Positions 10,787 through 22,876 are shown, counted from the first letter of the stretch. The stretch is DNA of 36,588 nt from Octopus bimaculoides (GCF_001194135.2 NC_068984.1:139176847-139213434); one strand, 5' to 3'. Numbers and translations: made by a program. Notes: generated by a model not told the origin, from the letters alone.

Positions 10787-12749
10787 CAAAATCAAAGGAA
10801 AACGTAAGAAAATGATATGAACATATTCACATCGTTGTGAGATATCATTACTACTATATTCTTATTGAATACAATATGACACAAGTATTGTGCAAATCGT
10901 TTTTATTTCCTACTCTTACCTGTCATCTTCGATATTGTTCTCTCATTATTTCCTTATTTCTCATTACTAATTTCAATTTCGTTTCTAATTAGTACTGCTG
11001 CGTCAACAAAGATTGCGTATTTTGAAGAACTGGTGCCACATTTATAGTAATAACATATTTCTCAGATGATTCTAGACTTTCATTTAATTACAGATTCACG
11101 TCAAATTATCGAAGAAAAGTAGCATTTGATTTGTCCTATGGAGTGCCAATCGGCGCAGGCAAAATAATAATATGATTATGAAAGTGACACTCTATATACT
11201 GCGTTACCGAAGCACATAAGTGCTTTCCAGTAGAGCCGTTGAAGAAGTCTTATGCTGGAATTAGCAACCAAATCGCTCTAGAATGGCATACAAACATATT
11301 CAGAGGAAATGACACATCGGAGATTATATCTGAAGAAATTGAATATTCATAACTGGAACCCATACACAGTGAGAAGGGAAGATGGGGGATAAAATACAAT
11401 ATCTGAAAATAATAGATATGAATAAAAACTAAAGTGATTTCAAAGGGAACAACCAGAAGCCATTGGTCACAATAAAAGAGTAAGTTGTTCAATCCTGTGC
11501 ACAGAATCCCTAGAAACGTTTATTTATTTAAAATGCGGCTTGGAAATAGCTTACCTGTGCAAGTGCATTCCAGTTGAAAACTTCCCAGATCGGATGACAG
11601 AATATTTCATGTGTCATGAGGAGAGAATGCGCACCGTTTTGGGACCTTCCTCTTGATGGCTTTGCAATGCACCATCAATGATTTGAGGCCCCACCTACTC
11701 TACTACTTCGGTTGACTAGCATTCAGCCTCAAGTCCATTCGGGATTATCACCTCTCCAGCCGGATTTTCTTTTCAACGATATCAATGGCTGGCTCTCAAC
11801 TGTCACCTGGATCTCATTTAAGATGGTGATGGCTTGCCGATGAAAATCATACAGAAATAGTATTTTCCTCCTATTGCACGGATCGTTGGCATGGACTTCA
11901 TACTGCAAACAGTTACAAAACTGAATATATTCACAAGACGACATCTGAAAGAGATCATGAATATAACCGCCAGAAACAACGTCATCAACATCGTCATGTT
12001 ATAGAACCTAATCTCCCAAACACGAAGGTGATATTGATAGAACAAAACCTCTTCTGACTTAGGTACTTTCAAATAATGAAGAAAACCTTATTAGCCAGAA
12101 AAATAATCTATTTGTTGACCAGCTGAAAGAGAAATCGTCATAGACTCCAACAAAGCTAGAAAATCAGCCCTTAGTTACTGTGGTCAATGCGAGCGATTCA
12201 CTTATGATGCTATGATATCAGTAGTCAGTCTATGATGAGGATTTGATGGTATTTTTTATCTTTAGTAAGAAGGGCGCTAATTCTTAGGGTCCCTTATGTA
12301 ATCCCAAAGACAGGTGGGAAGAAGAGAAGAAAAATTTGTAAACCGGAGCTTTGTTAGGAATGCTTAGAAGATTGAACTCCGGTAAACACGCATATGATAT
12401 CAGGTGATGGTGTTAAGACGAGCAACGTTAAGTTTCCTACCCAGATTGATCATGGCGAGATCGGGACTTTCACTAACATCTATCAGAATGCAAAGAACCG
12501 AAAGAAATACAGCAAAATATCCGGTCCAACCTTTTACAGGTCTTCAAACCTATCGTCCTGGAATGATACTTTTTTTTTTATCGACCCCAGAATATTGAAA
12601 GACGAATATGACCCTGTTTTTCTGACGGTGTCGTTGTATGGTGTAACACAGTAACATATAGTGTAACGGAATATGGTGTATATCTTTATCGACTCAAGTC
12701 ACCAGGGAACGTTTACACTCCAAAAAATTTGATATAGGAACAATATTTT

Positions 12750-12767
12750 CATTATCATTATTATTAC

Positions 12768-12827
<60 letters not shown>

Positions 12828-12861
12828 CAACATTATTATTATTATTATTATTATTGTTATT
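12750..12861 (+). repeat. (TTA)n
   Basis: Direct reading. Confidence 0.95.
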
Positions 12862-12923
12862 ACTCTTTTTACTCTTTTACTTGTTTCAGTCATTTGACTG
12901 TGGCTATGCTGGAACACCGCCTT
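12862..12923 (-). mobile_element. 3' end of family B SINE
   Basis: Reverse complement of 33-88. Confidence 0.75.
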
Positions 12924-12924
12924 T

Positions 12925-13303
12925 ATTGGTACTACTATTACTACCGTTTTCAGCGACCACAACTGCTTTACCTTCCAAACTAACCTCTTATGTCTCTCAA
13001 CTTTTCTTTCTTCCTTAACGCATACCTTGTTGTGAGCTGGGCATGCTATATCTATGATCCAGCATAATTTGTTTTCTTTCTCAATTAAGACAATGTCTGG
13101 TTTCCTATTCTCTATCTCATGGTCGCACTGAATCAAAAAGTTCCATAGGATATTTGCATTTCTATTTTCGACGATGCCTTCAGGTTTGTGGTCGTACCAA
13201 TTTTTTGCTCTGTCAAGACTATACTTGTTGAAAAGTGTCCAATGGACAAGCCTAGCTATATTGTCGTGGCGTGTCTTATATTTCTTCTGGGCTAGTGGCG
13301 TAC
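12925..13303 (-). mobile_element. RLE-type (R4/Dong-like) non-LTR retrotransposon C-terminal fragment
   Basis: CTPLAQKKYKTRHDNIARLVHW..WYDHKPEGIVEN....ILW.F.IQCDHEIENRKPDIVLIEKENKLCWIIDIACP: RH motif plus the PD-(D/E)xK restriction-like endonuclease. Confidence 0.85.
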
Positions 13304-13407
13304 ATTGGCTGGTAATATGCCATACGGTTTCACCGTTTTGACCTCATCCTTTGGCCTTGTGGCAAATAAATGGAAATTATTATCATTATTGTTGTTGTTG
13401 TTGTTAG

Positions 13408-13597
13408 TAAGGTGGAGAGCTGACAGAATCGTTAGTACGCTGCGCGAAAAGCTTGGCGATATTACCCCGTTACTACGTCCTGATTTCCAATTTTGCCTTT
13501 TGGGTCGATAAATTAAATACCAATTGAACACTGGGGTCGATGTATTCGACTAATGTCCTCCCGCAAAATTGCTGCCCTTGTGGAAATTTTTGAAACC
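13408..13597 (+). mobile_element. Family A SINE
   Basis: taaggtggagagctgacagaatcgttag head and gggtcgataaattaa...ctggggtcgatgta body, flanked by (TTG)n and (TAG)n. Confidence 0.8.
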
Positions 13598-13611
13598 ATT
13601 ATTATTATTAT

Positions 13612-13644
<33 letters not shown>

Positions 13645-13892
13645 GAGTAGTAGTAGTAGTAGTAGTAGTGGATTGAAGCGAATTGACTGCAGAAATAGTA
13701 ATAAAAAAAAACTATGCAGCTGTACTCACCTCTGTATTCCTTGATACTCTTTGGACTCACACGTGGTGAAACATTCTTAATCTTGGCAAGTGAACCCAGG
13801 ATTTACGCATCGGCTAAAATCCAGTGGAACTGCTTACCTCAAGTAATTCTAGGTGTACATTACAACTTGATGTAATGAACTCGATATGGTAA

Positions 13893-13944
13893 CCTATCTA
13901 TCTATCTATCAATCTATCTATCTATCTATCTATATCTGTCTGTT

Positions 13945-14024
<80 letters not shown>

Positions 14025-14082
14025 AAGTGAGAGTGCGTGTGAGAGAGAGAGACAACGATAGATAGATAGATAGATAGATAGA
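13893..14082 (+). repeat. Compound (CTAT)n(CT)n(TA)n(CA)n(GA)n(GATA)n
   Basis: Direct reading. Confidence 0.9.
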
Positions 14083-14474
14083 TATTCAAATACTATGCAG
14101 AGGCATTGATAATTAGCCATCTATATAAACATACTTGTGCCAAACTGTGGCAAATTGAGAAAAAAATTGTTGCTGATATTCCCCGTATGCGCAGCATCTG
14201 TCCTGATCTACAAACGCTGAGCTAAAAGTCAATGTAAGACACAGATTACTTAAGTAGAAGGAGTCAAGAGCGTCGAGTATTAGTTTTGAAATTCTACTGC
14301 TACTGTCATAAAATAGAATCAAATTGTGCTGACATTTATTGTTCGTGATTAAAATAGTTTCACTTACACGTATCTAAGTAATCACTTCTATAGATTTCTC
14401 TAATTTCATTTTCTATGCGTCTCGATTTTCTGCATTAAAAGAGGAAAATATATTTCATGACAATGTTCTTACAG

Positions 14475-14511
14475 ACGTTGGTGTCGGTTTCGCCACCTTT
14501 ACGAAGAGTGA
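14475..14511 (+). CDS. Candidate micropeptide coding exon 2 ((R)RWCRFRHLYEE*), within exon 14475-14586
   Basis: Acceptor atgttcttacag| at 14474 and donor TTTAG|GTAATG at 14587. Phase matches exon 1 and supplies a basic cluster directly after the hydrophobic helix. TGA at 14509-14511. Confidence 0.45.
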
Positions 14512-14969
14512 AGCAAGTGCTGATAAGAACATTGACTTCATTTGGTGCAATTTGGATACATACTGCTCGACATATTGGGGGTTTAGGTAATGTTCTTGAC
14601 TAATTAGTTTATTAATTAGCGAAACATCAAAGTTCTATTTTGAATTTGTTGTCGTTGCTGTTTTTGTTTATTTTAAGGTAGTTGTTAGTGACGTCATGAG
14701 ATATTTATCACTAAGAACATTATACGTGTAAAGAGAAACGGGTAATTTTAATGACTGGTTGCACAGTTATTTATGGATTTTAGTTAACCAAAAAAAGAAT
14801 AATTAATAGTGGATTTCAGAACAAGGAATACAATATGGAGCGTAGAATGTAAAAGAGAAACATGAAAGTAAAACGAGGGAAAACTTGCGTCAAAAATTAA
14901 TGCGATGGGAAACAAAGCTCAAGTGTTCAGTTATCGGACTTGCTCGTGATGACATTGTTTTTATGTACA

Positions 14970-15244
14970 TAGGCGCAATCGTAGTTATGTGATAGGAAGT
15001 TTGCTTCACAAGAACATGGTTCCGAGTTCAATCCCACAGCGTGGCACTTTAGGCAAGTATCTTCTACTTTAATGTCGAATTGCGAGTGTGTTTCTCTTAG
15101 TGTCTGTGTTTGTCCTCCACCAGTTAAAAACGGATGTTGGCGCTTCGGCAAAAGATACTGATTGTATGAGTACCAGGCTTAAAACAAAAGAGTACAGGAG
15201 TCAATACGCTTCCTCAAGACAGTGCTACGGCATGGCCGCAGTCT
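14970..15244 (+). mobile_element. Family B SINE, decayed with internal deletion
   Basis: catggttccgagttcaatccc, ggcactttaggcaagtatcttctact, cggcaaaaga, catggccgcagtc. Confidence 0.7.
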
Positions 15245-15274
15245 CTCTCTATATTTTACTATTATCTGGGTGAT

Positions 15275-15497
15275 GTACCGGCGAGGTGCTAGAAACGTAA
15301 CCGCACCGAGTAAAAAAACAGAAAATGCTTAACTGCATTTCATACGACTTCGCGTTCTGAGTTCAAATACCGCTGAGATCGACTTAGCCTTTGAATCTTT
15401 CGAGGTTGATAAAATAAGTAACAGTTGAAAACTGGAGTCGATGTAATCTATATAATTCGTCTTCCGAAATTGCTGGCCTTGTGCTAAAATCTGAAAC
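15275..15497 (+). mobile_element. Family A SINE
   Basis: gttctgagttcaaatacc...gttgataaaataagta...ggccttgtgctaaaat. Confidence 0.75.
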
Positions 15498-16369
15498 AAA
15501 TATTAACAATCACCCACAGCAATAAGTGGATAATATTCACGATAACAATGTTTAGGCATGAGCAAACTTTAGATTAGTTAAAATATGTTTCGGACATATT
15601 TCATCTTCTGAAGGCAAACATGTGGAGCGGTAACAGCTTGACTCTGATACTGTTGAATTGCTCCTAACCTGGCTGTTTGATGGTGCAACTTAGTTAATAT
15701 TGTTGACTGTGTTTTAGTTAAAGGTACGGCTTTAAGTCAGAGTTACCTCTCTTCGGTATTTCCTATTGATAGCGGCTACAGTGCTAAATAGAGATAGAAA
15801 ATGATAATACAGAGTGTTTTGAGATCACGGAATGGACAGAGGCGGAAACTGGAGGGGCTGCAGACATGATATGGGAGGAATAGGTAGGAATAGATCAGTC
15901 AAGCAGTGATTGCTGTCTACAGAATGAACTATTCTTATCTGTTTTGGACCAGAAAAAATTCTTTTCAAATTTGAATAACAAATTTCATTTGCAAATATAA
16001 TCAAAAATAATCGGAATTAAAAGACGTTAAAATGAGGATAAAAAGGGAAAAAAATATGACTAGTTTCGCTTGATAAAATTAGAAATGCGTGGTTGAGAAA
16101 ATTCAAATATAAATTGGTCAATGGTTTAATAATGTAGATCAAATTGATATTTTGATTTGCATTTCAAATAGTAGATTGAGTTTGAGCGCAACTCGGTGCT
16201 GATCGAGTAAAATTATAGGCCACCGGTGTTATTTTATGTAAAAATAAATATATAAAAAAAATATTTTGATAATTATTTAGTGGAAGTCGAGTTTACATAT
16301 TAATGAAAAGTGATTAACTGAAATTACAGGTTACCGATACGTGTTTATCCATTAACTGGTATCAGATAT

Positions 16370-16858
16370 CACACACAAACAAACACGCACGCACACTCAT
16401 ACGATCATACTCACACGCATGCGCACACGCATGCAAACACACACGCATGCACCAACATACACATACACAAACTCACACGCACAAACAACACACATACACA
16501 CATACGCACACACAAACACACTACACACATACACGCACACACAAACACAAGCACACACACGCACTCCCTAACACACACACAACCACATACACACACGCAC
16601 ACTTGCAAACACACACACAAATACACACATGCATACACACAGACACAGGCACGCACACACACAAACACACACATACGCGCACATACACATACGAACACAC
16701 ACATAAACACACACATACGCCCCCACACACGCACACACAAGCACACGCACGTACACACCCCAAAACATACACACAAACACACTTCACACAAACACACTCA
16801 CACAAATACACAGTAACACATACATATACATACACACAAAAACAAACACGCACACACT
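16370..16858 (+). repeat. Cryptic CA-rich low-complexity tract
   Basis: About 490 bp of imperfect CA/CG/TA/AA dinucleotide units, almost no G or T runs. Confidence 0.9.
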
Positions 16859-16924
16859 TAAGTATTGGAGCTGATATTTTCGAGTAAAACCCGACAAGGC
16901 AAAGAAATGAACTCCATTACTTAT

Positions 16925-17238
16925 TATTTCAAAGTATGGCACTCGTATTATCGGGCCCTATTGATGAACCGTTAGGTTAAGAGAACATAACCAAAAAAAC
17001 CCCGGTTTGGTGCGACAAACACAAAGGCACGAATACAAACAGACATAAAAACATACGCACACTCGTATATATGTATATACATATACAACAGGATTCCACA
17101 CAGTTTCCATCTACCAAATACACTCGCAAGGCATTGATTGCCCCGACCTTGGTAGAAAACATTTATTCAACATGCCGTGCAGTGGGACTGAACCTTAAAT
17201 AAAATGGTTGCAAAACTTGCCTCTTAACCACACACCTA
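16925..17238 (-). mobile_element. Family B SINE, decayed
   Basis: Reverse of gtgtggttaagag...ggttcagtcccactgcacggc...ttggtagatggaaactgtgtggaatcc. Confidence 0.65.
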
Positions 17239-17269
17239 TGCCTGCAATCATTCATATATTCTTTATTCT

Positions 17270-17437
17270 AATATTCTTTTACTTGTTTCAATGATTTAAC
17301 TGCGGCCATGCTGGAGCACTGCCTTTAGTCGAACAAATCGACCCCGGGACTTATTCTTTGTAAGCCTAGTACTTATTCTATTGATATCTTTTGCCGAACT
17401 GCTAAGTTACGGAGACGGTAACCCACCAAAATTGGTT
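17270..17437 (-). mobile_element. Family B SINE 3' part
   Basis: cttgtttcaatgatttaactgcggccatgctggagcactgcctt..tttgtaagcctagtactt..ttttgccgaactgctaagttac. Confidence 0.8.
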
Positions 17438-18484
17438 GAAAGTTTCTCCGTTCCTTTTAGAGAAACATTGTCATCTTTTGTTATCGATATATCGATTAGA
17501 AAACTATATCCAATCTATTGGCTTTAATTTCTCTATCTTTATGTATTGGCATATCCCAGAGTATGATTGCGTTCTCATTTTCTGTGACCTTTTTTGGCGT
17601 GTGCCTATACCATCTTGTTTCTGTTATCATTTCATAGTGTTGGCATAGCTTCCTTAGTCACTGCTTTCAGAATGTAACTGAAAGTAACATATAAACAAAA
17701 TCTAGTTGAAATCATTTAGCAGACTTCAAAGGGATGAAGAGATAGTCAATATATATCACAGGCACCCTGTCACAAGACGCTTATTTTTTATTATAGCGAA
17801 AACAAATCTATCTGGAGCAATTAAATTGAGCTTAAGTAGAATGCAATGTATCTAGCATGTAATACACTGCAAAGATCAATCCCTTTGTGGTGAAGTGGCT
17901 CATGATGGCAGAAACTATCTATTTTGTATTATTTTGAATCGTCAGACAACGTTCTGCAGTGTGAATTCGCCGATGGGAACTCTACCTTGTGAAATACAAG
18001 AATGTTGTACCATCACCGAAACCTCCTTTGGTGATTTCTGAAAAACGTTAGGAAATTAGCAAAACTTAAGTTTTCGAGGCTAAAAATAACTTAAATATTG
18101 TTAAAAGTTTCATCATTCCCAAGTTCTGTGTTCTAATCTTGCCTGGATCATTCTTCCGGAATCCACGAAATCAATATCTGTAATACAGTGTAGAAAACAA
18201 GCCAACATTGTCTTTTTGTTTTATATTTGCCTGAACAAAAAGAGCTGAGTTGATGTTTTAATCATGGGTTGAAATGAAAGTATGTTAACAGGAAATAGAT
18301 ATCAAAATTTCCATTAAATCTGATATTGCATTTACAAATCTGAAATAAATTAAATTTTAACCAACTTGTTCTTTTACTCCCGGCTAAATTTTATTTCCAG
18401 CTACATTTCATAATTCTATCTGTGCTGCCTCTCTCTTTCCAAATTGTTTTTTTGCGAACGTTATTGATTTAATTATATATTTGT

Positions 18485-18515
<31 letters not shown>

Positions 18516-18636
18516 TTCATTCATTCATTCATTCATACATGTTCATTTACGACAGAATTAAATTTTATCTAATTTTATATTTTAAGTAAATTCAGTTCTC
18601 AGCGGAAATTTATTTTCACCTAATATTTAATTACTT

Positions 18637-19077
18637 TAAGATGGCGAGTTAGCAGAATCGTTAGTGCGTCGGACCAAATGCTTAGCGGTTCTGAGTTCAA
18701 ATCCAGGGTGATCAACCTAGTGTTTTTTTATCTTATCCAGGTCGATAAAAAAAGTACCAGTTGAGCACGCGGAGGAGATGGCGATACAGTCAATTTACTC
18801 CATCACGTCAGAAATTACTGGCCTCGTGCCATAACTTGAAATCAATATTTATAACATTCAAGTAAGGCGGTGAGCTGTCAGAATCGTTAGCACGCCAGGT
18901 AAAATTCTTAACGGCATTTGGTCCGTCTTTACGTTCTGAGATCAAATTCCGGCAAGATCGACATTGCCTTTCATCCTTTCGGGGTCAATAAAATAAGTAC
19001 CAATTGAACAGTAACCCCGATGTAATCAATCTACTCCTTCCCCCGAAATTGTTAGCCTTGTGCTAAAATTTGAAATC
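18637..19077 (+). mobile_element. Tandem pair of family A SINEs (18637-18843, 18863-19077)
   Basis: Both begin taag..g.gag.t..cagaatcgttag and end ttgaaatcaatat. Confidence 0.85.
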
Positions 19078-19594
19078 AATATCTAATTTTATTTTCCTTA
19101 AACAAAATACGAGATATGCGGTTGACCAAGTTGATTGTATAATGAATGGTAATTCAATTTTCAGGGTTTCGTATCCCTTTACAAGCATTAAATTTTGCCC
19201 ATACCGTGTGATTCTTTCCTGTTATAAATAACAGCAGCATTGTAAAATAAGTAGGTTTTTGACTGGATTACAGAACTGAATTCAATAATTCTTTTCCAAA
19301 GAACATTCTACGATAAACCATAACATTTATAATCTAAATAAATATATATTGGGTAAATAATCCTCTTTCTTCACATCAATCTCAAGTAAATATTGACTTT
19401 ATCCCTAAGAGAGAAAGCATTATTCTTATCCCTAGGCCTTAAGTAAGGAGTTGGTATAAATTTATTACAATTTAGTCATTATCATGTATGCTTAAAAATC
19501 CGAATTAATCTGTTCAAGCGGTTGATACAATACCTAATAAATTTTGTCATAACCCCCAAAACACATGTGTCTTTGTATATAATAATAAAAAAAT

Positions 19595-19645
<51 letters not shown>

Positions 19646-19799
19646 ATAATATAATAATATATATGTATATCAATAAATAAACCAGCCTTGCCGTGTTTCG
19701 TTTTTATTTTTGCAAGTTAGGTAAGACATCAAATACATGATGGAATCGATACAATCGAATCTATTGTTCTTTCACGAACAAAACAGCAGCCAGTAAACA

Positions 19800-20960
19800 A
19801 TAGTAACGTATCAAGGAAACGGTCTTTCAGTACCTCTTGCCCACATTTAACAGCTCAAAAGCGAAACCCTCAAAATGTGTAAAAATGCTTGCCTTCATGA
19901 TTTCTGGTTTTGACACTATACATACGTACATAAATGAGTACATACATGCATACATACATACATACATGCTTACATACATACATATATGCTTACATACACG
20001 AGATAAAAAGGAGCCTTGACCTAGTTACAACATTCTCAAATGATGTAAGTTTGGAGTTTGATCAATATAAATGTTATATGTTTGTGAAAAGGAGGAAAAA
20101 AACTGTTAACTGTAAACCGGACTAAAAACGTGGAAATTATAATCAGGTTAAAGGATAAGCCCATATGAGCAGAAGACTATGAATCGATATATTAGTAGAA
20201 AATTCCGTGATGATCAAAGCAGTTTATCACCGAACAATAGATGGGTTACTACATCCAACTTTGAAGGGAGTACGTTTGCAATTCTTGTACAGGAAATATC
20301 AACAAAGTACCTGATGCCTAAAGGGAATAGGAGGTGCAGGAAAAGCCGTAAAATGTGACAACCAATGCAGACTTTGTGGAGTTCACACTAGATATCACCG
20401 AAAGCATAAGCAATTTTCCTAAAAAGCCGTCACGGTATTATCTACCGATGAGACATGACGTTGTGACGAGAATACTCGATAATGAAATCGGTCGGAAGGA
20501 TAATCCAGAGGACAAGAAAAACGAACCAACAATATGGTAGAAGCCATAGCCACTCATAATAAAAAGGAATACTGGTGGAATGTCCCAGTGAAGATCTCAA
20601 TAAAATGTAAGCACAACAGGCCTGATATAATGATTTCGGATCGAGAAGAGACAATATGCACAGTTGTGGAAATTAGCTGCCCAGCGGATGTTAATATAAA
20701 GCTTAAGATCAGTGAAAAATAGAACACTTATGTTGAACTGAGAAATCTGCACTTACTCTATCCAGATTACAAGTTCAGGTTTCTACCTGTAATAATTGGG
20801 GCTGTGGAATATATAAAACACTGCCTAAATACCAATCTTGAGAAATTAGGCTTCTCAAAACCAGAAAGGAGAAAGCTAATTCGAAGACTACAGATCCTAT
20901 CCATCACTGGAACTGTAAACATCTGTAAAACCCTCCAGAAATCATTTAAATATATATGAG
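19800..20960 (+). mobile_element. RLE-type LINE relic: RT remnant, CCHC knuckle and RLE, with (CATA)n tail
   Basis: YQGNGLSV, LDLVTTFSNDV.LEF...KC, CDNQCRLC, RYYLPMRHDVV, EYWWNVPVK....CKHNRPDIMI....CTVVEISCPAD, PVIIGA. Multiple frameshifts and deletions. Confidence 0.85.
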
Positions 20961-21146
20961 CATGTCTAGATATGCAACTATATGCATGAGAATGTATACA
21001 TAAAACAAAACACACAAATCTGCACATATACATACACACATACATGCATACATACATACATACATACATACATACACACCAGTCGCCATGCTTGACCGCA
21101 AAATCCACAAGTTTTTTTTTTATTCTTTGTTCATTTTCTATTATTC

Positions 21147-21290
21147 CTTTCATTTGAGGAGCATAGGCTCGAAACGTAAAAGACTTTCTGACGTTCCCGA
21201 GCGTCAAACTACGACACCTGCTTGCTGTTTATACACCCGCCTTCGTCTTCTGTTTTTCTGTAAATTTCAACTACATACGAAAATGCTACG
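21147..21290 (+). mobile_element. Second short element family with hammerhead-like architecture (21147-21182)
   Basis: CTTT-(CATTTGA)-G-GAGC-ATAG-GCTC-GAAAC-GTA-AAAG. The core is degenerate but the stems and spacing fit. Confidence 0.4.
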
Positions 21291-21329
21291 CCATGCTGGA
21301 GCACAACCTTTCAGTATGTTTTCGTACTG

Positions 21330-21562
21330 TTTTTGTTGAAGTTGCAAGTTGGGCAGAGTCGCGCTTCTTTGTATTTCTTGATGTGATGGGGTTTTATCCG
21401 CTATTTCAGACGAAAATTTGTCCAGATGATCTGTGAAGACCTCCACATTATTTCCTCGCAAATTTCTGAGGTGTTTGCCAGAAAGTTGAATAACTGTGGA
21501 CACTTCAAACCCAAGCAGTTACAGTACTGGGTCCTCATTCCAGATGGACAAGACGGGAAATT
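21330..21562 (-). mobile_element. CR1/Jockey-type LINE ORF2 3' fragment
   Basis: PSCPSGMRTQYCN.LGLKCPQLFN, then KHLRNLRGNNVEVFTDHLDKF.SEI.D.., resembling the C-terminal 'FK..LD.FL' motif. Confidence 0.6.
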
Positions 21563-21649
21563 TTGAACACACACACACACACCACACACACAGATATAGA
21601 TAGACATAAATATGTGTATATATACATAAATGCTCATATATATGTAGAT

Positions 21650-21854
21650 NNNNNNNNNNNNNNNNNNNNNNNNNNNNNNNNNNNNNNNNNNNNNNNNNNN
21701 NNNNNNNNNNNNNNNNNNNNNNNNNNNNNNNNNNNNNNNNNNNNNNNNNNNNNNNNNNNNNNNNNNNNNNNNNNNNNNNNNNNNNNNNNNNNNNNNNNNN
21801 NNNNNNNNNNNNNNNNNNNNNNNNNNNNNNNNNNNNNNNNNNNNNNNNNNNNNN
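21650..21854. other. Assembly gap (other gaps at 23001-23312, 30761-31005, 32156-32374, 35268-35466)
   Basis: N runs, all flanked by TA/CA microsatellites. Confidence 1.
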
Positions 21855-22775
21855 ATATATATACATTCATTACAGACTAAATGAGATTTATATGATACAG
21901 TTACCTGCATATTTATACGATGGCGTTGCTACAAGGACCCATAACAAAGAGACAGACAGAAAGACTGAGACGGAGAGTCAGAAGGGGGAGAGATCCTAGA
22001 TCGCATCGAAAATCAGTTACCTCAGGCTACATATAAACATTATACAAATTACTACAGCTACCTGATCCCAAACAGTCCGTTCTGTTTTTAACATCTACAC
22101 TCTCTATCGCTACTATAACCAACGTTAACTTGGACTAGGTACGATTAGTAAATGAACCCTCTCTACGCTTCTTCTGGCGTCATCCATATTCTTGCTCAAG
22201 AAACAAACATTAAATTCGCTGATCACTCTTACCTTCAAGAGTTTTATATTCCTCTGGTACTCTGTTCTCTCCCAACTTCTGTGGTACTGTAGATATTAGC
22301 CTATGGAAGTTTACACTGATCACTAATTGCATTGATCTCATAACTTTGGCCGCGCCAGCAAATCTGAAAGTCGTTCTCCCTCCGAGTAAATACATTTAAA
22401 AGAAAACAATCTCGAACCCAACCAGAGCAACAAACTGACGATAGCAAAATATCAAATAAAAACAGCCATTACATAAAATTGCATAATGAAAAACAAGAAT
22501 AACAAAGTCATTAATTCGTAAATCTCAAAATTACATCAATGTTTTGCAATACTTACGCTTTCGTGTCTCACATAATAGTTATTCATTCATTTCACTCAAC
22601 GCATTTACTACAGACAACACAATTACACAAACTATGGCATAAATAGAAAGAGAAAGAAGCAAAGAAAATAAAAATGTATCTGATCAGGTTTTGTAGACTT
22701 TCAGGATATGTTCTATTATCAACATTGTCTTTTTTTGTTTTTTTTTTGTGTGTGTTTATTTCTCAAAACTTACAG

Positions 22776-22876
22776 ACAACTGAGAATGGTTCTAACAACA
22801 AAGACGCGGCTAGGCAGCCAAACATTCCGCTGGGTCTGTTGGTGCCATTCATTCGGAATCTAAGAACGTACCGTCG
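22776..22876 (+). other. Candidate internal exon (3'UTR or alternative coding)
   Basis: Long T-rich tract followed by cttacag|, and donor CG|GTAATT at 22877. Non-repetitive sequence. Confidence 0.4.

Noticed and set aside
11818-12072. Hydrophobic 84-aa minus-strand ORF as a secreted or membrane protein
   Set aside because: The hydrophobic stretch is internal, there is no family resemblance, and it is plausible by chance in AT-rich DNA.
13730-13813. Kringle-like CVNPGFTCQD*ECFTTCESKEYQG segment
   Set aside because: In-frame stop and only superficial similarity.
16411-16887. HT/CV-rich ORFs of 70-146 aa
   Set aside because: Translation of the CA-rich low-complexity tract in several frames.
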